Of a stretch of 64,000 nt of DNA, positions 58,740 to 64,000 are shown piece by piece. Below the pieces are notes generated by a model, which did not search any database, was not told where the DNA came from, and saw only the letters and a list, made by a program, of their open reading frames with translations. Made by a program: the position numbers and the translations under genes. The DNA is from Patescibacteria group bacterium (GTDB taxonomy: Bacteria; Patescibacteriota; Patescibacteriia; UBA10025; JAHIVO01): NCBI GenBank assembly GCA_041660605.1, contig JBAZWB010000002.1:1431-65430 (forward strand), read 5' to 3'. Within the stretch, counting starts at the first letter, position 1; every line of letters begins with the position of its first letter.

Positions 58740-59108
58740 CTACATTTTAATTTCCACGTCCACGCCAGCCGGTAAATTCAGATTCGTCATGGCGTCAATG
58801 GTTTTTGGCGTCGGATTAATCACGTCAATCAAACGTTTATGAACGCGCATCTCGTACTGTTCGCGTGCGTCTTTATGAACAAAGGTCGAGCTGTTTACGG
58901 TATAGCGTTTTTTTTCTGTGGGTAAAGGAATGGGACCGCGGGTTTTTGCGCCAGTCCGTATCGCCGTTTCCAGGATAGTCCGCGTTGATTGATCAATTAT
59001 TTTGTGATCATAAGCGCGAATTCTAATCCTAATACGCTGCTGAACTTCTTCGTTCTCGTCTTTGTTCTTTGTTTGGTTATCAGCTTTGTCAGCTTGCTTG
59101 GTCGTCAC
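58740..59108 (-). CDS. rpsJ: 30S ribosomal protein S10 (about 20-aa N-terminal extension)
   Basis: [18 protein letters not shown] core. Confidence 0.92.
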   Translation of the reverse strand: MTTKQADKADNQTKNKDENEEVQQRIRIRIRAYDHKIIDQSTRTILETAIRTGAKTRGPIPLPTEKKRYTVNSSTFVHKDAREQYEMRVHKRLIDVINPTPKTIDAMTNLNLPAGVDVEIKM

Positions 59109-59205
59109 TTTGTGTAGTGAAATTAAATGTTCTTTATTATCTAAATTTACGATTTTATAATGTCAGATTAGAAAATTCCAGATTATTCTGGAATTTTCAT
59201 GGTCC

Positions 59206-60390
59206 TTATTTATAGATTTTTGTAACCACGCCGGCGCCTACGGTATGACCGCCCTCGCGGATGGCGAAACGCTGCTGCTCTTCCAGGGCAATCGGGACAA
59301 TCAGCTTGACTTTCAGGGTAACTGTATCGCCAGGCATGACCATTTCAGTCTTTTCTGGTAATTCTACGTCGCCGGTCACATCCGTGGTGCGGATATAAAA
59401 CTGAGGTTTGTAGCCCTTGAAAAACGGTGTGTGCCGTCCGCCTTCTTCTTTGGTCAGAATGTAGATTTCTCCGTCAAATTCAGTGTGCGGCGTAACAGTT
59501 CCCGGTTTGCCGATTACCTGTCCGCGTTCCACGTCTTCTTTCTTGGTGCCTCGCAATAGAATACCTGCGTTATCGCCTGCCTGACCTTCATCCAGCTGCT
59601 TATTGAACATTTCAATGCCGGTAACTACCGTTTTGGTCGTTTCTTTCATGCCGACAATTTCTATCTCATCATTCAGTTTTACCTTGCCTCTCTCGATTCT
59701 CCCGGTCACTACCGTACCGCGGCCTTCAATGGAAAAAATATCCTCAATCGGCATTAAGAAAGGCTTCTCAATGTCGCGCTTTGGCTCTGGAATATATTCA
59801 TCCAATGCTTTTGTCAGTTCCATTATGGCTTCTGCGGCCTTTTCGTCCCCTTCCAGGGCTTTCAGGGCTGAACCTTTGATCACGGGCACTTTATCGCCGT
59901 CATATTGGTATTTCTTCAGTAAATCACGCACTTCCACTTCAACCAGGTCAATCAGTTCCTTGTCATCAACCATGTCAATTTTATTCAAAAATACTATAAT
60001 ATTCGGCACGCCGACCTGGTGAGCCAAAAGAATGTGCTCGCGGGTCTGGGGCATCGGGCCGTCAGCGGCGGAAACAACTAAAATTGCTCCATCCATCTGC
60101 GCGGCACCAGTGATCATATTCTTCACATAGTCAGCATGGCCAGGGCAGTCAATATGGGCATAATGCCTTTTTTCTGTTTCATATTCTACGTGAGCAGTAG
60201 CAATTGTAATACCACGCTCTTTTTCTTCCGGGGCATTATCAATCTGATCAACGGATTTTTCCTGAGCCACAAAACCCTTGTCTTTTAAAACTTTTAATAT
60301 AGCGGCAGTTAATGTGGTCTTGCCATGATCAACGTGACCAATAGTACCAACGTTAACATGCGGTTTTGTTCGTTCAAATTTAGCAGTCAT
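59206..60390 (-). CDS. tuf: elongation factor Tu
   Basis: [14 protein letters not shown], 394 aa. Confidence 0.97.
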   Translation of the reverse strand: MTAKFERTKPHVNVGTIGHVDHGKTTLTAAILKVLKDKGFVAQEKSVDQIDNAPEEKERGITIATAHVEYETEKRHYAHIDCPGHADYVKNMITGAAQMDGAILVVSAADGPMPQTREHILLAHQVGVPNIIVFLNKIDMVDDKELIDLVEVEVRDLLKKYQYDGDKVPVIKGSALKALEGDEKAAEAIMELTKALDEYIPEPKRDIEKPFLMPIEDIFSIEGRGTVVTGRIERGKVKLNDEIEIVGMKETTKTVVTGIEMFNKQLDEGQAGDNAGILLRGTKKEDVERGQVIGKPGTVTPHTEFDGEIYILTKEEGGRHTPFFKGYKPQFYIRTTDVTGDVELPEKTEMVMPGDTVTLKVKLIVPIALEEQQRFAIREGGHTVGAGVVTKIYK

Positions 60391-60697
60391 AGTAGTTAGT
60401 TTTAGTTATTTTTAATACTAAATTACCTTTTAAACTTCAGACTATTAATTTTTAAGCAAAATGTCAATAGCCACAATTTCTGAATAGCAATCTGAATTAT
60501 AGCAATCCCTAACACTTTTCGCAAGTATCTACGGACCCGCCAGAAATCAATATTTTATATCGGATTTTATCTAAATTTACTTTTTTGCCTAATATTAGCT
60601 AAAATATTTAAAATATCCGCTCACTTCTTCTGCCACTTATCCCCAATTTTGTGGATATTTATTAAATAATGCCAAAAACTAATCTATTTTTAAAGAA

Positions 60698-62791
60698 TTA
60701 TTTCTTTTTTCCTGTGCCAGCTTCTTCTTCACCGATAATCTGATTTAACACATTGCGGGGCACGATCTGGTGATTCAGGTATTCCATTGAATACGAAGCC
60801 CGGCCCTGCGACATGGAGCGCAGTTGCGTGGCATAGCCGAACATTTCAGATAACGGCACTTCGGCGTCAATAATTTTCATATTGCCGCGATCCCGCATTT
60901 CCTTGATAGTGGCGCGTTTGGAATTCAAATCGCCTATTACGTCTCCCATAAACTTTTCCGGAGTGACAACTTCAACCTTCATGATCGGCTCAAGTAAAAC
61001 TAAACCGGCTTTCTTGGTAGCTGCCTGCAGGGCGATAGAACCGGATATTTTAAAGGCTGCTTCGGATGAATCAACTTCATGGTATGAGCCGTCCAGAACT
61101 GTGGCCTTCAGGTCAATCAACGGGTAATGGGCCAAAACACCCCTGTCCATAGCTTCTTTAATGCCTTTTTCAATCGGGGTAATGTATTCCTGAGGAATAT
61201 TTCCACCCTTAACTTCGTTAACGAATTCGAAGCCCTTGCCTCTTTCCTGAGGTTCAACGCGGATTACGCAATGGCCGTATTGGCCGCGGCCGCCTGACTG
61301 GCGGATGTATTTTCCCTCAGCTTCGGCAATCTTGGTAATGGTTTCCTTATAAGCCACCTGCGGCTTGCCGACGTTGGCTTCAACTTTGAACTCTCTTTTC
61401 ATGCGGTCAACCAATACTTCCAGATGCAGCTCGCCCATGCCGGAGATAATCGTCTGATTTATTTCCTCGTCGCTTTTCACCCGGAAAGTCGGGTCTTCCT
61501 GAGATAATTTTGACAAAGCCATGCCCATTCTTTCCTGGTCAGCTTTGGTCTTCGGCTCAATAGCTACGGAAATTACCGGCTCTGGGAAATTTATGGATTC
61601 CAGGGTAATAGGATGGTCGGGATCGCATAAAGTATCTCCGGTAGTGGAGTTTTTCAGGCCAACGGCAGCGGCAATTTCACCGGAATACACCTCTTTTACC
61701 TCTTCGCGCTTATTGGCATGCATGCGGACTATCCGGCCGACACGCTCTTTGTTTCCTGTCCTGGTATTCAAAATATAAGACCCGGCGGTAACCACGCCTG
61801 AATAAACTCGAAAAAATGTCAGCGTGCCAACATAGGGATCAGTGGCGACTTTGAAGGCCAGAGCGGCAAAAGGATCGCTGTCAGAAGGTTTCACCGCGAT
61901 CTCCTTTTCAGTTTTGGGCTCCTGGCCGGTAATCGGCGGCACATCCAATGGCGATGGCAGATAATCAACCACCGCATCCAATAAAAATTGTATGCCTTTG
62001 TTTTTCAAGGCAGAGCCGACAAAAATCGGCATCAGCTTATTGGCGATAGTCGCCTGGCGCAAAACGCGCTTCAGCTCTTCTATGGATATCTCTTTGCCGT
62101 CCAGATATTTCTGCAGCAAGACATCGTCCTGTTCGGCAATTTTTTCTACCAGATTATTGCGGTATTCATCCACCTTAGCCTTCATATCTTCAGGAACTTC
62201 CTGGTCTTCCCATTCTTTGCCCATTTCATCTTTATAAACCCGCGCTTTTTTCTCAAAAAGTTCGATTATCCCTATAAAATTCGTTTCTGCTCCGATTGGC
62301 AGCTGAACCGGAATGGCATTGGGAGTCAGGCGTTCTTTAATCGCTGCTACGTCTGCATAAAAATCAGCGCCGGTACGGTCCATTTTATTGATAAAGCCCA
62401 TCAGCGGTACATTAAATTTTTCTGCCTGATGAAAAACGGTTTCGGATTGCGGCTCTACGCCGGCCACTCCGTCAAAAACGATAAAACCGCCGTCCAGTAC
62501 GCGCAGACTGCGCTGTACCTCCACGGTAAAATCTATATGGCCGGGAGTATCAATAATATTGATGCGGCTGGTTTTCCAAAAACAGGTGGTAGCCGCCGAA
62601 GTAATGGTAATGCCGCGCTCTTTTTCCTGCTCCATCCAGTCCATTTCCGCTGCGCCTTCGTGCACTTCTCCGATTTTATGTTTTTTGCCGGTATAATAAA
62701 GAATCCGCTCTGAAACGGTTGTTTTTCCGGCATCAATGTGAGCAATTATTCCTATGTTACGTGTATTTTCTAGGCTATATTCTCTTGGCAT
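60698..62791 (-). CDS. fusA: elongation factor G
   Basis: 697 aa; AHIDAGKTT; five-domain EF-G. Confidence 0.97.
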   Translation of the reverse strand: MPREYSLENTRNIGIIAHIDAGKTTVSERILYYTGKKHKIGEVHEGAAEMDWMEQEKERGITITSAATTCFWKTSRINIIDTPGHIDFTVEVQRSLRVLDGGFIVFDGVAGVEPQSETVFHQAEKFNVPLMGFINKMDRTGADFYADVAAIKERLTPNAIPVQLPIGAETNFIGIIELFEKKARVYKDEMGKEWEDQEVPEDMKAKVDEYRNNLVEKIAEQDDVLLQKYLDGKEISIEELKRVLRQATIANKLMPIFVGSALKNKGIQFLLDAVVDYLPSPLDVPPITGQEPKTEKEIAVKPSDSDPFAALAFKVATDPYVGTLTFFRVYSGVVTAGSYILNTRTGNKERVGRIVRMHANKREEVKEVYSGEIAAAVGLKNSTTGDTLCDPDHPITLESINFPEPVISVAIEPKTKADQERMGMALSKLSQEDPTFRVKSDEEINQTIISGMGELHLEVLVDRMKREFKVEANVGKPQVAYKETITKIAEAEGKYIRQSGGRGQYGHCVIRVEPQERGKGFEFVNEVKGGNIPQEYITPIEKGIKEAMDRGVLAHYPLIDLKATVLDGSYHEVDSSEAAFKISGSIALQAATKKAGLVLLEPIMKVEVVTPEKFMGDVIGDLNSKRATIKEMRDRGNMKIIDAEVPLSEMFGYATQLRSMSQGRASYSMEYLNHQIVPRNVLNQIIGEEEAGTGKKK

Positions 62792-62810
62792 AATTTTGTT
62801 GGTTGTTTAT

Positions 62811-62895
62811 GGCGTATGGCTAATTGCTTATAGTTATATTAGAACCTGCCTATCTACTATAAATTACGGGCTATAAGCTATAGGCTATATGCCAC
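62811..62895. repeat. fusA-rpsG intergenic copies of the motif family (tatggctaattgcttatag ... gctataagctataggctatatgccac)
   Basis: direct reading; 110-bp spacer. Confidence 0.6.
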
Positions 62896-62901
62896 ACATT
62901 A

Positions 62902-63366
62902 CTAGGCAAAATGCGCGAACGCCCGGTTGGCTTCCGCCATTCGGTGCACGTCTTCGCGCTTTTTAATGGCTTCACCCTGCTTATTCGAAGCGTCAATCAG
63001 CTCCAGAGCCAGCTTTTCAAACATGGGCTTGCCCTTGCGGTTGGTGGCGGCGGCGATCAGCCAGCGCATCGCCAGTCCGAATTTCCTGTCGCCTTTCACT
63101 TCCACCGGGATCTGATAGTTGGCGCCGCCAATGCGCTTTGATTTTACTTCTATAACAGGCGCAACATTTTTCATGGCCAGCTCAAAAGTCTGCAAGCCGG
63201 GTTTTTTCGTTTTTTCCTCTATATAATCAAAAGCGTTATAAACAATAGACTGGGCAATGGTCTTTTTGCCCCGGGACATAATGAGGTTTATAAATTTTCC
63301 TAAAATAATATTATTGAATTTCGGATCTTGTTTCGGCTTTCTTTTTGGTGCTTTTTTTCCTCTCAT
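62902..63366 (-). CDS. rpsG: 30S ribosomal protein S7
   Basis: 154 aa. Confidence 0.93.
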   Translation of the reverse strand: MRGKKAPKRKPKQDPKFNNIILGKFINLIMSRGKKTIAQSIVYNAFDYIEEKTKKPGLQTFELAMKNVAPVIEVKSKRIGGANYQIPVEVKGDRKFGLAMRWLIAAATNRKGKPMFEKLALELIDASNKQGEAIKKREDVHRMAEANRAFAHFA

Positions 63367-63395
63367 GAATGATAAAAAATTGATTAAATGCGATC

Positions 63396-63809
63396 TTACT
63401 GCCTTTTAGCGCCGTAAAGGCTCCTGCCCTGTTTTCTATCGGCTACCCCCTGGGTGTCATAAACTCCGCGGATGACGTGATAGCGCACGCCAGGCAAATC
63501 CTTAACGCGTCCGCCCCTGATCAAAACGATCGAGTGCTCCTGCAGATTATGCCCAACGCCGGGTATATAAGCGGTGACTTCCATGCCGTTTGACAGGCGG
63601 ACACGGGCAATCTTGCGCAGAGCGGAATTCGGCTTTTTCGGGGTGACGGTGGTTACCTTTACGCACACGCCTCTTTTGAAAGGCGAACTCTTCGGCAGGT
63701 TAGTGCGCTTCCTTCTGATAGTATTTAAAACAGGCTCCAAAGCTGGAGTTTTTGATTTTTTCTTGGTGGATTTTCTGCCAATTCTTATCAATTGGTTAAT
63801 GGTGGGCAT
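63396..63809 (-). CDS. rpsL: 30S ribosomal protein S12
   Basis: MPTINQLIR... Confidence 0.95.
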   Translation of the reverse strand: MPTINQLIRIGRKSTKKKSKTPALEPVLNTIRRKRTNLPKSSPFKRGVCVKVTTVTPKKPNSALRKIARVRLSNGMEVTAYIPGVGHNLQEHSIVLIRGGRVKDLPGVRYHVIRGVYDTQGVADRKQGRSLYGAKRQ

Positions 63810-64000
63810 TTTGAAACGTTAAAAAGTAATAAAAAAGTATCAGATTTAGATACCGGGTTAGCCATATCATAACAAAGCTATTTCACTATGTCAAATATCA
63901 GGGCTTTTTACTAAAACAGCAGAGGGACGCCCAGTAATTTGCTGATAAAATTAACGATCGGGTAGATGATATAGCTAAAAACTGAAATATTGAAGATGAC

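Noticed and set aside
1-64000. Alternative genetic code (stop-codon reassignment), considered because of the in-frame TAA/TAG in both GIY-YIG copies
   Set aside because: All long housekeeping ORFs (dnaK, fusA, tuf, secY, r-proteins) terminate cleanly with standard stops and have no internal stops. The two cases are better explained as pseudogenisation.
1-64000. CRISPR array, rRNA genes, IS/transposase genes
   Set aside because: I saw no regularly spaced direct repeats, no 16S/23S/5S-like sequence, and no transposase/integrase-like ORF. The only repeats are the short intergenic motif family, the tRNA-flanking inverted repeats and the CTAC-rich spacers.

Overview
This 64-kb window looks like a chromosomal segment of a small-genome bacterium, probably Candidate Phyla Radiation (Patescibacteria/Parcubacteria-like). 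Indications are that ribosomal protein L30 is absent between rpsE and rplO, several r-proteins carry Lys/Ala/Glu-rich tails, and many membrane-anchored proteins have Asn/Thr-rich linkers. Nearly every gene is on the minus strand.

Layout from left to right:
- 1-1.1 kb: an AT-rich islet with two hypothetical genes.
- 1.1-5.4 kb: a heat-shock operon in the order CIRCE, hrcA, grpE, hsp20, a small zinc-ribbon protein, dnaK. No dnaJ is present.
- 5.4-21.4 kb: an accessory array of secreted or membrane-anchored proteins. It contains a TM-anchored Memo-like protein, two C39-like cysteine-peptidase domain proteins, two Cys-rich secreted proteins, and a three-gene cassette. The two large proteins of that cassette (584 aa with an HELGH motif, and 1392 aa) share a duplicated N-terminal CCHC zinc-knuckle module.
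- 21.4-22.9 kb: a DUF360/holin-like gene, tRNA-Glu(CUC) and a degraded GIY-YIG nuclease gene.
- 22.9-39 kb: gap, fba, tpiA, a D-Ala-D-Ala carboxypeptidase, scpAB, aspS, asnS, a P-type Ca2+-type ATPase and a pilin-like protein.
- 39.4-40 kb: tRNA-Lys(UUU) bracketed by structured inverted repeats, with a GIY-YIG nuclease gene carrying an in-frame TAA.
- 40.2-43.6 kb: a plus-strand operon of an OMP-like beta-barrel gene, dnaB, ybaB and recR.
- 43.6-48 kb: rplU, a DUF192 gene, a MraY/WecA-like gene, ruvX, map and adk.
- 48-64 kb: the secY-spc-S10-tuf-fusA-rpsG-rpsL superoperon.

Recurring small sequence families are described in the findings: an ATAAGCT/GCTATATGCCA intergenic motif at four loci, CTAC/GTAG-rich spacers, and nucleotide-level duplicated 5' gene modules. 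No CRISPR array, rRNA gene or transposase was seen.
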